DNA of 64,000 nt from an uncultured Planctomycetia bacterium (GCA_964642015.1 CAZXLF010000003.1:164204-228203), one strand, 5' to 3'; counted from the stretch's first letter, positions 11,017 through 20,501 are shown. Program-made: numbers and translations. The notes: generated by a model not told the origin, from the sequence alone.

Positions 11017-11876
11017 CATTCATGACCTCGCTCCGAGACTATCTTGACCTCACCAAACCTCGGCTGACATGCATGGCCGTCGCAACGGTTTCCAGCGGCT
11101 TTTATTTGGGGTCAATGGGGCCTCTTTCTTACAGAGCCCTATTTCATGCGCTTTTGGGCGCAATATTGGTCGGCGGGGGAGCTAATGCCCTAAACCAATA
11201 CCTTGAGCGTGATGCTGACGCAAAAATGAGCCGCACTGAAAAACGCCCACTTCCCAGTAAAAAGATCAAAGAAACCAAAGCGCTGCTGTTCGGTTTGGGA
11301 TTGGCTTTTGGAGGCCTATTGTATCTGATGATTTTCACCAATCTTCTCGCGGCTTTATTCGGAGTCGCAACGCTTTCAAGCTATTTATTAATCTACACTC
11401 CGCTCAAACGAAAAACATGGCTTAATACATTCGTCGGAGCGGTTTCAGGAGCGCTGCCCACGCTGATAGGGTGGTCTGCCGCGCAGGGCCGTTTAAGCAT
11501 TCGCGCCTGGGTCTTGTTTCTAATCCTATTCTTATGGCAAATGCCTCATTTCTTTGCGATCGCATGGGTTTACCGTGAAGACTATCAAAAAGGGGGTTTT
11601 GTCATGTTGCCAGCCATAGATGCTGCCGGACGTTTGACAGCGATACAAATAGCCATCTTTAGCGTTTTACTTTTTCTCGCCAGTCTTTTACCAACCATTA
11701 TAGGCATGACAGGCCTTTTATATCTATCGGCAGCGATCATCACGGGACTTTTATATTTGACATTTACTTTGTACGCTTCGGCGCATAAAATAACGTATGC
11801 CAAACCGATGGTCGCGGCATCCATTTTTTATTTGGCAACGCTCAATATATTCCTTTGGTTCGATAAAATATCATGA
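11013..11876 (+). CDS. ctaB: Heme O synthase (protoheme IX farnesyltransferase)
   Basis: LTKPR, NQYLERDADAKMSRTEKRPLPS, YTPLKR, WQMPHF, DYQKGG. Confidence 0.93.
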   Translation: MTFMTSLRDYLDLTKPRLTCMAVATVSSGFYLGSMGPLSYRALFHALLGAILVGGGANALNQYLERDADAKMSRTEKRPLPSKKIKETKALLFGLGLAFGGLLYLMIFTNLLAALFGVATLSSYLLIYTPLKRKTWLNTFVGAVSGALPTLIGWSAAQGRLSIRAWVLFLILFLWQMPHFFAIAWVYREDYQKGGFVMLPAIDAAGRLTAIQIAIFSVLLFLASLLPTIIGMTGLLYLSAAIITGLLYLTFTLYASAHKITYAKPMVAASIFYLATLNIFLWFDKIS

Positions 11877-12472
11877 CGGAACTTTCTCACAAAAAGAATT
11901 CATCAACGGTCTGGTGGTGGATCGGTTGGATCGCTTTAACGATCGCTTCATTTTTCGTTTCTTATAATTTTTGGACTGGTTTTATTGCCAAACACGTAGG
12001 AAGCATGGATAGACCCGGCGTTCCGATCCTGTGGGTGACGGCTGTTTTCGGGAGCTGGATGGTGCTTTTGGTTCCGCTGATCATCGTAATGTATAACAAA
12101 GTCGACCGTGCTTATGAAGATGCGCGCATTGCCCGTGAAAGTGTTCAATTTCAGAAAGCGAAAGAAATGTTCGGTTTCAAAAGCATCTTTATTGACGAAT
12201 CTCAAAGGAAATTAAAAGATGAACTATCAGCTAAATTGAAACGCTACCCCGAGACCATCAAACGCGGCCACCTGGTCACAGCCATCCTTAAAGATGGGGA
12301 AAGCGTGCCGAATGTTTTTGTGCTGGATAAAAAAGAGATCTTAGGGATTTACGGAGTTAATGGAATGGATTTTCAAGTAAAAGATGTCGTTGATATTGAG
12401 CCGGTTCCTGTGGAAAAGATCCCCGATTTTAAAACCGAGGGCTGGCTTCGGCTTGACGGAATAGGCAATTGA
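11873..12472 (+). CDS. Hypothetical membrane protein (2 N-terminal TM helices plus soluble domain)
   Basis: ATGA overlap with ctaB; hydrophobicity pattern only. Confidence 0.65.
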   Translation: MTELSHKKNSSTVWWWIGWIALTIASFFVSYNFWTGFIAKHVGSMDRPGVPILWVTAVFGSWMVLLVPLIIVMYNKVDRAYEDARIARESVQFQKAKEMFGFKSIFIDESQRKLKDELSAKLKRYPETIKRGHLVTAILKDGESVPNVFVLDKKEILGIYGVNGMDFQVKDVVDIEPVPVEKIPDFKTEGWLRLDGIGN

Positions 12473-12655
12473 TTGAAAGCTCTGGTCTTTTATTTGGGTA
12501 AAGCATTTCAACTGGTCGCGTTAATTGCGCTTCCGTCAGCGATCTGGGTCGGACATATCGGACATAACGAAAAAGGCTGTATCGCGATTTTTTTGAGTTC
12601 TATTTTGATATTCTTCGCTGGTTACGGCTTGACTCAAATATCCTCAAGGTTATAA
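12473..12655 (+). CDS. Small 2-TM membrane protein
   Basis: 60-aa hydrophobic ORF with TTG start that fills the gap exactly. Confidence 0.55.
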   Translation: MKALVFYLGKAFQLVALIALPSAIWVGHIGHNEKGCIAIFLSSILIFFAGYGLTQISSRL

Positions 12656-12657
12656 TA

Positions 12658-13026
12658 ATGAGCATGGAATTTGCTAACGAATATTCATTGAAAAAAGCTC
12701 AAGCAACAGCCGAAGAGCGTGCGCAAAAACCGCCGCGCAAGAAAGCTCCGCCGAAACTTGCCGTCATCAATCAGAGCGGTTGCACCGGCTGCGAGGCCTG
12801 TATCGTATTTTGTCCGGTGGATTGCATTGAGATCGTACCGGGCATGGAACATACCCAGCTTCAACAGGTGGTCGAAGTGGATCTTGGCCGATGCATCGGA
12901 TGCTCGCTTTGCGCGAAGCACTGTCCTTGGGATACGATCGAAATGCTGCCTTACGATCAGGCGGTCAAAGAATCCGTTTCGCTGACCCTAAAAAGTGTCT
13001 GCGGCCAGCCAACTCTTTCTCAATAA
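12658..13026 (+). CDS. 2x[4Fe-4S] ferredoxin (RnfB-like dicluster domain); start may be ATG 12664
   Basis: CTGCEACIVFCP and CIGCSLCAKHCP. Confidence 0.88.
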   Translation: MSMEFANEYSLKKAQATAEERAQKPPRKKAPPKLAVINQSGCTGCEACIVFCPVDCIEIVPGMEHTQLQQVVEVDLGRCIGCSLCAKHCPWDTIEMLPYDQAVKESVSLTLKSVCGQPTLSQ

Positions 13027-13942
13027 AGTCACAGACATTTTTTTCAAGCTTTACCCGGTTAAAATGATTGATCTCGGGTATCCCTGCAGGGCTTGTCACG
13101 TTCACTTCGGTCAAATATTTTCCGATCACATCGACACCTACAAAATAAAGACCGCGTTCCAGAAGCTCGGGGACCAGCGTCTCTGCAAGAGCTTTATCGG
13201 ATTGTGTCACAGATGCTTTATGCATCGAGCCACCAACGCTTAAATTTGCCCTGAAATCCCACGAAGGCGGTTTCCTTAGGAAAGCGCCCAAAATCCTGCC
13301 GTTCAAAAGCAATATCCTTTTATCACCGTAACGGTCAGCCGAAATGAACTGCTGGATCATCACTTTTTTTCTTCCATAATTTGTTATTGTATCCAAAAAA
13401 GAAGGCAGATTCCTGTCTTTGGCATCGACTTTAACAATGCCGGCGCCGCCTTTATTATCCAGCGGTTTGATCACGGCCTCCTTTTTTAAACGCCGGATAA
13501 ATCCGATCGCGATGGACGGATTTTCAGTGACCATCGAAAGCGGTGAATACCGGCCAAAAGTGGCTGAAAATAACTTCTCATTGGACAACGCAATGCCCTG
13601 AGGATCATTGAGAATAAAAACCTTTCCTTTTATTTCATTCAGCATCTGAAGCGCATAAAGGTATTCCGTGTCGAACGGCGGCTCTTTACGGATAAAAATG
13701 CAGTCCATTGCATCCAATGAAACGGTGTTCTTATCCGGAAAGGATGGGAGATAGCCTTTGACGGTACTGAGCTTGGCTGGTGTCAAAAACGCCTTTGGCA
13801 AGCCCTCAGACCAGAAAAGGTGTCTGCTTTCAAAATAATAAACTTTATGGCCCCGCGCTTGGAGCTCTTTCATGATCCAGAACGAGGAGTCTTCGTTTAT
13901 CTTGACCTTAGTTGTCGGGTAAAGCAAAAAAGCGATTTTCAT
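12965..13942 (-). CDS. gshB: Glutathione synthetase
   Basis: IRKEPPFD..Y, NEKL, IKPLDNKGGAG, GDKRILL, FRANLSVGG, GVDVIG.YLTEVNVTSP. Confidence 0.93.
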   Translation of the reverse strand: MKIAFLLYPTTKVKINEDSSFWIMKELQARGHKVYYFESRHLFWSEGLPKAFLTPAKLSTVKGYLPSFPDKNTVSLDAMDCIFIRKEPPFDTEYLYALQMLNEIKGKVFILNDPQGIALSNEKLFSATFGRYSPLSMVTENPSIAIGFIRRLKKEAVIKPLDNKGGAGIVKVDAKDRNLPSFLDTITNYGRKKVMIQQFISADRYGDKRILLLNGRILGAFLRKPPSWDFRANLSVGGSMHKASVTQSDKALAETLVPELLERGLYFVGVDVIGKYLTEVNVTSPAGIPEINHFNRVKLEKNVCDFIEKELAGRRHFLGSAKRIL

Positions 13943-14011
13943 AATATGGTATATGGGTTGCGATTATATGTTTTTTATTATAGCATAAGCCGTCAACTTG
14001 CAGAGGTTATC

Positions 14012-15373
14012 ATGTCCCGATCCTTTAATAAAATATCCCGGCTCACAAAAAATGATTTAAGGCAGTATTTTATTGAAGGATTCAAAAAACCGAACGATCT
14101 CCAAGTGGGTGTGGAATGGGAGAAGATTGGTGTCTACAAAGACTCGCTTAAAGCCATCCGTTATTCAGGCGCTAAGGGTGTAGAAGCGATATTCAGATCG
14201 CTTGTCCGAAATCATGGTTGGCAACCCATCAAGCATGGGCCCCATATCATCGCGCTGGAGAAGGCGGGTTCATCCATCACATTGGAGCCCGGAGGACAGA
14301 TCGAGTTGAGTGGAAAAAAATTCATGTCGCTCGATCAAAATGCTGCTGAACTTTATTCACATCTGGAAGAAATTAAAAGGATCTCGGAACCCATAGGCAT
14401 TATCTGGCTTGGTATCGGTGCGCAGCCGGTCAGCACGTTCCAAGAAATCGAATGGGTGCCAAAAAAACGTTACGGGATCATGCGGAAGAGTTTAAAAAAC
14501 AAGGGATCGCTTACTTACGCCATGATGAAAGAGACTGCGTCGGTCCAGATCTCGCTTGATTTCATAAATGAAAAAGACGCGGTTGAAAAACTCCGTCTGG
14601 CATTCGCACTTTCTCCGGTACTTTCGGCCATGTACGCCAATTCACCGGTATCCAAGGGAAAGTTGAATGGTTTTTATTCAAGACGCTGTCATATCTGGTT
14701 GAATACCGCACCCGAACGAACCGGCATTATTGCGGATGTTTTTAAGCCTGATTTCAATTTTGAGCGTTACATTGATTATGCATTATCGGTTCCAATGCTT
14801 TTTATTGTGCGCGGTGACAAATGGATCCCTGCGAATGGGATGCTTTTTGGTGATTTTTTAAGAAAAGGGCTTAAAGGCCATCATGCCGTACCCGGCGATT
14901 GGCACCTGCATTTAACAACGATCTTTACGGAAGCACGTCTTAAAAAATATGTCGAGGTCCGCAGCATCGACTGCCAAAGAACCGGTATCGGCCTTTCAGC
15001 GCCAGCTCTTTTGAAGGGAATATTCTATGATCCTATATCCAGAAAAAAAGCTTGGGAACTTTTGGCCGATCTTTCTCTAAAGGAAAGGTTTCGGATGTCC
15101 GCTGAAGTGCCGTCGAAAGGTTTAAACACACGATTTAAAGATAAAACAATGTTTGATCCGGCAGTAAAACTCCTGTCGATTGCCGAAGAAGGGCTGGATA
15201 GGCTTGTTTCTAAGAAACTAGCCCTAAAGAATGAAAAGAGGTATCTAACACCTTTAAAAGAGCTGTTATTGCAAAAAAAGGCGATGCCGGCAGAGCTTTT
15301 GATAGCATGTTTTCGCCGTGCTCATTCGAGATCAGAGGTTATTGACCGCATTCGCTGCTGCGCTGCGATCTGA
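14012..15373 (+). CDS. gshA: Glutamate-cysteine ligase (alphaproteobacterial/plant-type GCS2 family)
   Basis: GVEWEK, ITLEPGGQIELSG, PKKRYGIM, TASVQ..LDF, ANSP, HLTTIF.EARLKKYVEVR; start moved to ATG 14012 after GAGG; divergent from gshB. Confidence 0.9.
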   Translation: MSRSFNKISRLTKNDLRQYFIEGFKKPNDLQVGVEWEKIGVYKDSLKAIRYSGAKGVEAIFRSLVRNHGWQPIKHGPHIIALEKAGSSITLEPGGQIELSGKKFMSLDQNAAELYSHLEEIKRISEPIGIIWLGIGAQPVSTFQEIEWVPKKRYGIMRKSLKNKGSLTYAMMKETASVQISLDFINEKDAVEKLRLAFALSPVLSAMYANSPVSKGKLNGFYSRRCHIWLNTAPERTGIIADVFKPDFNFERYIDYALSVPMLFIVRGDKWIPANGMLFGDFLRKGLKGHHAVPGDWHLHLTTIFTEARLKKYVEVRSIDCQRTGIGLSAPALLKGIFYDPISRKKAWELLADLSLKERFRMSAEVPSKGLNTRFKDKTMFDPAVKLLSIAEEGLDRLVSKKLALKNEKRYLTPLKELLLQKKAMPAELLIACFRRAHSRSEVIDRIRCCAAI

Positions 15374-16144
15374 TCAGGTACGGAGTTTGTAGCCCCGCCT
15401 GAACAAATTTTCTACCAACAGAAATAAACTTATCGCCAAGACTCCGGCCAAGATCATCCCGAATACCACATTTACGTCCGAAACGCCTAGCATCCCGTAA
15501 CGAAGGCCGTTGACCAGATAAAAGATCGGATTAAACCTAGTGACGATCCGCAGTGGGGCAGGGACCATCTGCAAACTGTGAAAAACACCGCCGAAATAGA
15601 TCAGTGGTGTCAGCACAAAAGTTCCCCACATGGAAAGCTTCTCAAAACCTTCAGCCCAGAGGGCGACAATGAGCCCGATGCATGAAAAAATGATCGTGAC
15701 CGTCACAAAAAAATAGGCCACGATCCAAAAATTGTAAAAAATAAAATGCGTGAAGAACAGCGATACCAAATAAACCCCTGAAGCAACTAATATCCCGCGC
15801 GTGACGCCACCTATCAAAAGAGCCAAGACAATTTCAAAATAAGAAAGAGGGGAAAGCAAAACCTCCTGAATGATATTATGCCAACGTGAAATAAAAAGCG
15901 AGGAGGATGTGTTCGCGTAAGAGCTTTCGATAAGATGCATCATCACAAGCCCGGGAACCATGAATTGGATATAGGTGACGCCCTCCACCAGAATATTCAA
16001 GTTGCGGCCGATCGAAAAACCGAACACAAAAATAAAAAGCGACGAAGAGATGAGGGGTGGAAGAATAGTTTGCGTAAAAACTACAAAGAAACGCAGCACT
16101 TCTCTTTTGGCGAGAGATTTAAAACCGACCCAATTACTGATCAT
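15374..16144 (-). CDS. ABC-2 type permease (YadH-like)
   Basis: QTILPPLISS.LFIFVFG, FMVPGLVMM, NPIFYLVNGLRYG. Confidence 0.88.
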   Translation of the reverse strand: MISNWVGFKSLAKREVLRFFVVFTQTILPPLISSSLFIFVFGFSIGRNLNILVEGVTYIQFMVPGLVMMHLIESSYANTSSSLFISRWHNIIQEVLLSPLSYFEIVLALLIGGVTRGILVASGVYLVSLFFTHFIFYNFWIVAYFFVTVTIIFSCIGLIVALWAEGFEKLSMWGTFVLTPLIYFGGVFHSLQMVPAPLRIVTRFNPIFYLVNGLRYGMLGVSDVNVVFGMILAGVLAISLFLLVENLFRRGYKLRT

Positions 16145-16868
16145 CTTGATTCTCCTGAATAAGCCTCAAATAAGTCTTCTCTAGCGTTTGGTCTTGGATC
16201 AGTGATTTTTTATCGCCATGATGCAGAATCTTGCCTTTATCGATAATGATAACCGTTTTGGACAGGCGCTCAGCTTCTTCCATGTAGTGTGTTGTTAAAA
16301 ATATGGTCTTGCCATCGCGATTCATCTCAAGCAAAGAATCCCAGATGTGATATTTTAATTCGATATCGGCGCCAGCGGTTGGTTCGTCGAGGATCAGGAT
16401 CTTCGGATCATGCACCAGTGCGCGGCACAAAAGAAGGCGTCTTTTCATGCCACCCGATAATTTCCGGAAATCAGTATCTTTTTTCTCATAAAGCTTGAAG
16501 CGTTTCAGCAATTCCGTTGCGCGTTTGGAAGCTTCGATCTTCGGCACGCCGAAATAACCCGCTTGATAAACTAGAAGTTGCTCAATTGAAAGGAAAGGGT
16601 CAAAATTGAACTCTTGCGGACACAGGCCGATCAACGCTCTTGTCTTACGGTAATCTTTAACAACATCCATGCCGAATACGCGAATGCTACCGTGCTGGAA
16701 ATTTGATAGACCGGTGATCGAATGGATCGTGGTGGTCTTTCCGGCTCCGTTGGGCCCCAGAAAACTCAAGAAAGCACCTTCTTCGACATTAAAACTGATG
16801 CCATCGACGGCTTTCACGTTGCCATAAAATTTGACCAGTTCGCGGATCTCGATCGCATTGGGAATCAT
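16134..16868 (-). CDS. ABC transporter ATP-binding protein (YadG-like)
   Basis: GPNGAGKTT, LSGGMKRR, LILDEPTAG, TTHYMEEAE. Confidence 0.93.
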   Translation of the reverse strand: MIPNAIEIRELVKFYGNVKAVDGISFNVEEGAFLSFLGPNGAGKTTTIHSITGLSNFQHGSIRVFGMDVVKDYRKTRALIGLCPQEFNFDPFLSIEQLLVYQAGYFGVPKIEASKRATELLKRFKLYEKKDTDFRKLSGGMKRRLLLCRALVHDPKILILDEPTAGADIELKYHIWDSLLEMNRDGKTIFLTTHYMEEAERLSKTVIIIDKGKILHHGDKKSLIQDQTLEKTYLRLIQENQDDQ

Positions 16869-16929
16869 AGGCGTTTATGATAAACGAAACGTTCGTGAAG
16901 TGTCAAAAGAATATGCTATAATGTCGCGC

Positions 16930-17556
16930 ATGAAAAAAATAAAAACGCAAAAAAAGATCAAAGCGATCCTGTTCGACCTTGGAAAAGTGATCCTAGATTT
17001 CAATTTTGAACCCGCATTTCACCGACTCGCTCGATTCACTCCTTTAAGCGTCGCTGATATTGAGGCTTATTTTTGGAGATCGGGTCTTGAGGTGCTTTAC
17101 GACGGAGGTAAAATATCTTCTGTTGAATTCTACAAAGAAGTAAAAAGTGTTTTAAAACATACTTTGTCTTTTAAAGAATTCAAAAATATCTGGAATGATA
17201 TTTTTACGCAAAAAAAGGATACCATTCTTTTGATCAAGCGTCTAAGTCCGCATTACCGGCTCGTTTTGATATCCAATACCAACGAGATGCATTATGAGCA
17301 TGTCCGAAAAAGATATCCCATTTTCAATCATTTCGATAAATGTATATTGTCATTCAAAGAAAAAAGAAGAAAACCAGATGCAAGGATTTATCAAACAGCC
17401 GTGCGCGCATGCAAAGCGAGACCTCATGAAATACTTTACATCGATGACCGCGAAGACTTGACGCAAGCCGCTAAAGAGCTGGGATTCCATATATTCACTT
17501 TCAGGAACAACACCAAAGATCTGATCAAAAAAATGAAAGGCCTGAAAATTCTATAA
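16930..17556 (+). CDS. HAD-superfamily phosphatase (YihX-like)
   Basis: FDLGKV, ISNTN, KPD, YIDDR; start moved to ATG 16930 (16921 possible). Confidence 0.85.
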   Translation: MKKIKTQKKIKAILFDLGKVILDFNFEPAFHRLARFTPLSVADIEAYFWRSGLEVLYDGGKISSVEFYKEVKSVLKHTLSFKEFKNIWNDIFTQKKDTILLIKRLSPHYRLVLISNTNEMHYEHVRKRYPIFNHFDKCILSFKEKRRKPDARIYQTAVRACKARPHEILYIDDREDLTQAAKELGFHIFTFRNNTKDLIKKMKGLKIL

Positions 17557-18374
17557 TGGAAAATGATGTTTTAAAGGTCGCTCTCGATGCGGCCAGACGC
17601 GCCGGAAAAGTTCTAATGGCTTCTTACGGCAAACTCCTGAACTCCCAGATCAGCACAAAGTCCAAAAATGATTTTGTGACCGTGGTCGATAAGAAGTCCG
17701 AGAACCTCATTATTTCTAGTATCAAAAAAAATTTTCCGAGCCACGCAATCCAAGGCGAAGAAAGCGGTATTACCGGCGGGAAAGATACTCTATGGATCAT
17801 TGATCCTTTGGACGGGACCTCGAACTACATCCACAACATACCCATCTTTTCTGTTTCGATCGGGGTAATGAAAAATAATCGTATGATAGCTGGTGTTATT
17901 TATGACCCCGTACACAAAGAAATGTTTTGGACAAAAAGGGGGCAAGGCTCTTACCTGAACAACAAAAAGATCCATGTAACAAAAATTCGTTCGCTGTCAG
18001 AATCTTTAATGACGACCGGCATCCCGTTCAGAGCCCGCGACAGATTCGATGAATACATGGAGTCCTTTCGCCGAATCTCTTTAGGCAGTGTAGGTTTGCG
18101 CCGCGGCGGTTCCGCAGCGTTGGATCTGGCCTATGTGGCTTGCGGCCGATTTGAGGGCTTTTGGGAGCTGGATCTGTCGCCCTGGGATATCGCGGCGGGC
18201 TCTTTGATTCTTGAAGAAGCCGGCGGGACTATCACGGACATGTGGGGCGGGGGAAATCATTTTAAAAATGGGGATATCCTCGCCACCAATGGCCTGACTC
18301 ATAAGGAACTTCTTAAGATCACCTCAGCCATTTTTACCCCTTCCGATAAGGATAAACGATGCCACTTGAACTAG
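17556..18374 (+). CDS. suhB: Inositol monophosphatase family protein
   Basis: DFVT.VD, GEE, WIIDPLDGTSN, RRGGSAALDLAYVA.GR, WDIAAG. Confidence 0.92.
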   Translation: MENDVLKVALDAARRAGKVLMASYGKLLNSQISTKSKNDFVTVVDKKSENLIISSIKKNFPSHAIQGEESGITGGKDTLWIIDPLDGTSNYIHNIPIFSVSIGVMKNNRMIAGVIYDPVHKEMFWTKRGQGSYLNNKKIHVTKIRSLSESLMTTGIPFRARDRFDEYMESFRRISLGSVGLRRGGSAALDLAYVACGRFEGFWELDLSPWDIAAGSLILEEAGGTITDMWGGGNHFKNGDILATNGLTHKELLKITSAIFTPSDKDKRCHLN

Positions 18375-18769
18375 AAGATGATCACATGTGTTTTGTCTGC
18401 GGATCAAAGAATCCGTCAGGCTTTAAACTTCAATTTGAACACCCCAAAAAAGGCCTGTTGAGATCCTCTGTTGTTTTCTCGAAAGAACACCAAGGATTCA
18501 AAGATATCGTCCATGGGGGCATGATAGCGACGGTTCTTGATGAAATGATGGTCAATTTGGCCTGGAAGGAGGGCATCCCGGCTGTTACCGTAGAGCTGAA
18601 TGTTCGACTCAAAAAAGCGGCCAAAATAGGCGAAAATATCCTCTTAGAAGGCCGTTTGGGAAAAAGCCAGGGGAGAGTGCTCCATGCCAGCTCTGAGGCT
18701 AAAAATGAGGGAGGGGAGATCTTGGCAAGCGCTACAGCCACCTGCATCCTAATCAGGCAAAAGAGCTAA
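18359..18769 (+). CDS. PaaI/hotdog-fold thioesterase
   Basis: CFVCG..NP.G, HQGF..IVHGG.IATVLDE. Confidence 0.88.
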   Translation: MPLELEDDHMCFVCGSKNPSGFKLQFEHPKKGLLRSSVVFSKEHQGFKDIVHGGMIATVLDEMMVNLAWKEGIPAVTVELNVRLKKAAKIGENILLEGRLGKSQGRVLHASSEAKNEGGEILASATATCILIRQKS

Positions 18770-18812
18770 TATTTCTTGAAGTCAACATCAAATCGAGCTA
18801 AACTGGCAGATC

Positions 18813-18992
18813 ATGCCGTACATCAGTTTAAGGGTAGCTGGTAAATTGACCCGTGACCAAAAAACGGCTATTGCCAAGGAATTTGCGGAAACCTTGGAAA
18901 AAATAGCCGGAAAACCCAAAAACTCCACTTATCTTGTCTTTGACGAAGTGGAGAGAGAAAATTGGGCCCAAGGGGATAAGCTTTTAGGTTAG
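18813..18992 (+). CDS. 4-oxalocrotonate tautomerase family protein, 59 aa (missing from the ORF track)
   Basis: Own translation: MPYISLRVAGKLTRDQKTAIAKEFAETLEKIAGKPKNSTYLVFDEVERENWAQGDKLLG; catalytic Pro-1 after Met removal and the typical E...NW..G C-terminal pattern. Confidence 0.9.
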   Translation: MPYISLRVAGKLTRDQKTAIAKEFAETLEKIAGKPKNSTYLVFDEVERENWAQGDKLLG

Positions 18993-18995
18993 CCT

Positions 18996-19391
18996 ATGCC
19001 TATCGAAAAGCAGCTTTCGGTTTTCATGGAAAACAAACCTGGCCGCTTATCCAAGATCTGCAACACACTCGCCGATGCCCAGATCAATATTCATGCAATG
19101 TCTGTGCATGATACCGTGGACCACGCGATCGTGCGCCTCATGGTCGACAATCCAAATAAAGCACTGATTCTGTTGGAAGAAGAAGGCGTTTATATTGTCA
19201 TGCAGGATGTTGTTGTACTTCAGACAGAAAATAAGCCGGGCATCATCGCTACGATCGCTAAAAAACTTTTCCGCGCCGACATCAATATCGAATATGCCTA
19301 TTGCACAGCCACCAAACACCAAGATCTTGGCTGCCTTGTGATCAAAACTAAGGACCCCGAACAAACACTTGAGATCCTCGAAGAAATCTAG
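18996..19391 (+). CDS. Tandem ACT-domain protein
   Basis: QLSVFMENKPGRL...INIHAM and ENKPG....INIEYAY. Confidence 0.88.
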   Translation: MPIEKQLSVFMENKPGRLSKICNTLADAQINIHAMSVHDTVDHAIVRLMVDNPNKALILLEEEGVYIVMQDVVVLQTENKPGIIATIAKKLFRADINIEYAYCTATKHQDLGCLVIKTKDPEQTLEILEEI

Positions 19392-20040
19392 TTTTTTTAT
19401 ATCCTTTCCGTTGATTTTTTTTCTTTTCTCTTTTTCTGATTGCCGGGCCGCAGAAAAACAGACAGCCCTCGTTCAAGAAGCGCTGACCGGTGACACCATA
19501 CGCCTTGAAGGCGGAAAAACACTTAAATACATAGGCCTTCAGTCTCCGCCTTTGCAGAGCCTGATCCCGCTGGTTCGCCAATATGGGTCAGAGGCTCTGG
19601 AGTTCAATAAAAAAATGGTCGTCGGAAAAAAAATCCAGATCGAATGGGACTTTCAGATACACGATAATCAGAAAAATCTATTGGGATACGTATATCTTAT
19701 GGATGGGACTTCCGTGAACGAGCAGATCTTGAAAAACGGCCACGCAAAATTAAAAACAAATCCGCCCAACATAAAACATGCCGTTTCTTTGCGAAAAGCT
19801 GAATTGGAAGCGCGGCGAAACAAAATCGGGCTTTGGGCCAAAGAACCTGAAAACCCCTATCTCAAAAAAAGCCAATATATAGGCGAAAAGAATACAAAGA
19901 TATATTATTTGCCAGATTCTCCGGAGCTGGAAAAGATCCCTCAGGCAAACCTGGTGACCTTTAATTCACGCGTTCAAGCTAGGGCGGCCGGCTACAGACC
20001 CTGTTTCACTTGTTCAGAAACCTCCGAATCAGAGTTTTAA
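19369..20040 (+). CDS. Secreted thermonuclease (SNase-like) with C-terminal Ada-type metal-binding domain
   Basis: Signal peptide, GDTI, LLGYVY, EARRNKIGLW; C-terminal AAGYRPCFTC; exact start uncertain. Confidence 0.8.
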   Translation: MRSSKKSSFFISFPLIFFLFSFSDCRAAEKQTALVQEALTGDTIRLEGGKTLKYIGLQSPPLQSLIPLVRQYGSEALEFNKKMVVGKKIQIEWDFQIHDNQKNLLGYVYLMDGTSVNEQILKNGHAKLKTNPPNIKHAVSLRKAELEARRNKIGLWAKEPENPYLKKSQYIGEKNTKIYYLPDSPELEKIPQANLVTFNSRVQARAAGYRPCFTCSETSESEF

Positions 20041-20049
20041 CGCTAGCCA

Positions 20050-20079
20050 TTGACAAGAATCACAGCTTTATGTTATATT
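20050..20079 (+). promoter_or_regulatory. Sigma70-type promoter upstream of the cold-shock gene
   Basis: TTGACA (20050-20055), 18-nt spacer, TGn-TATATT extended -10 (20074-20079). Confidence 0.7.
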
Positions 20080-20179
20080 TCGTCTAGTATTTTAATCGAT
20101 GGAGTTAGAAGTTTTTGATCTCAGTTCGGTTTTTGTTTTATTTTTGTTCTAATAAGTTGTTCATGAAAGTGAACGTTTG

Positions 20180-20211
20180 ACCACGCTACTTTCTAGAGAG
20201 CGTGGTTTTTT
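20180..20211 (+). terminator. Intrinsic-terminator-like hairpin inside the csp leader
   Basis: ACCACGCT-11 nt-AGCGTGGT followed by a T-run. Confidence 0.65.
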
Positions 20212-20297
20212 ATTTGCAAAGTGTTAGCGCTGAGCAAATAAGGGGTTGTTCAAATCAAGTCGATCTAAAGCAAACGGAAATAAGGAGAAATACTCGC

Positions 20298-20501
20298 ATG
20301 GCAAAAGGAATAGTAAAGTGGTTCAGCAATCAAAAAGGTTATGGTTTTATTACCCCTGACGGCGGCGGAAAAGATGTGTTTGTGCATCACAGCGCCATTC
20401 AAGGGGAAGGCTATAAGACCCTCGATGAGGGGCAGTCGGTGGAATTTGAGGTAACTCAGGGCCCGAAGGGTGAGCAAGCCGCCAACGTTAAAAAAGTCTA
20501 A
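20298..20501 (+). CDS. cspA: Cold-shock protein (CspA family)
   Basis: [17 protein letters not shown] (RNP1), DVFVHHSAI (RNP2); SD AAGGAG; real start is ATG 20298. Confidence 0.95.
   Translation: MAKGIVKWFSNQKGYGFITPDGGGKDVFVHHSAIQGEGYKTLDEGQSVEFEVTQGPKGEQAANVKKV

Noticed and set aside
20202-20297. N-terminal extension of the cold-shock ORF
   Set aside because: The Csp fold starts at ATG 20298 with a clear SD; similar over-extensions were trimmed for the MFS gene, gshA, folE, fadJ, dgt, exeA and the pilins
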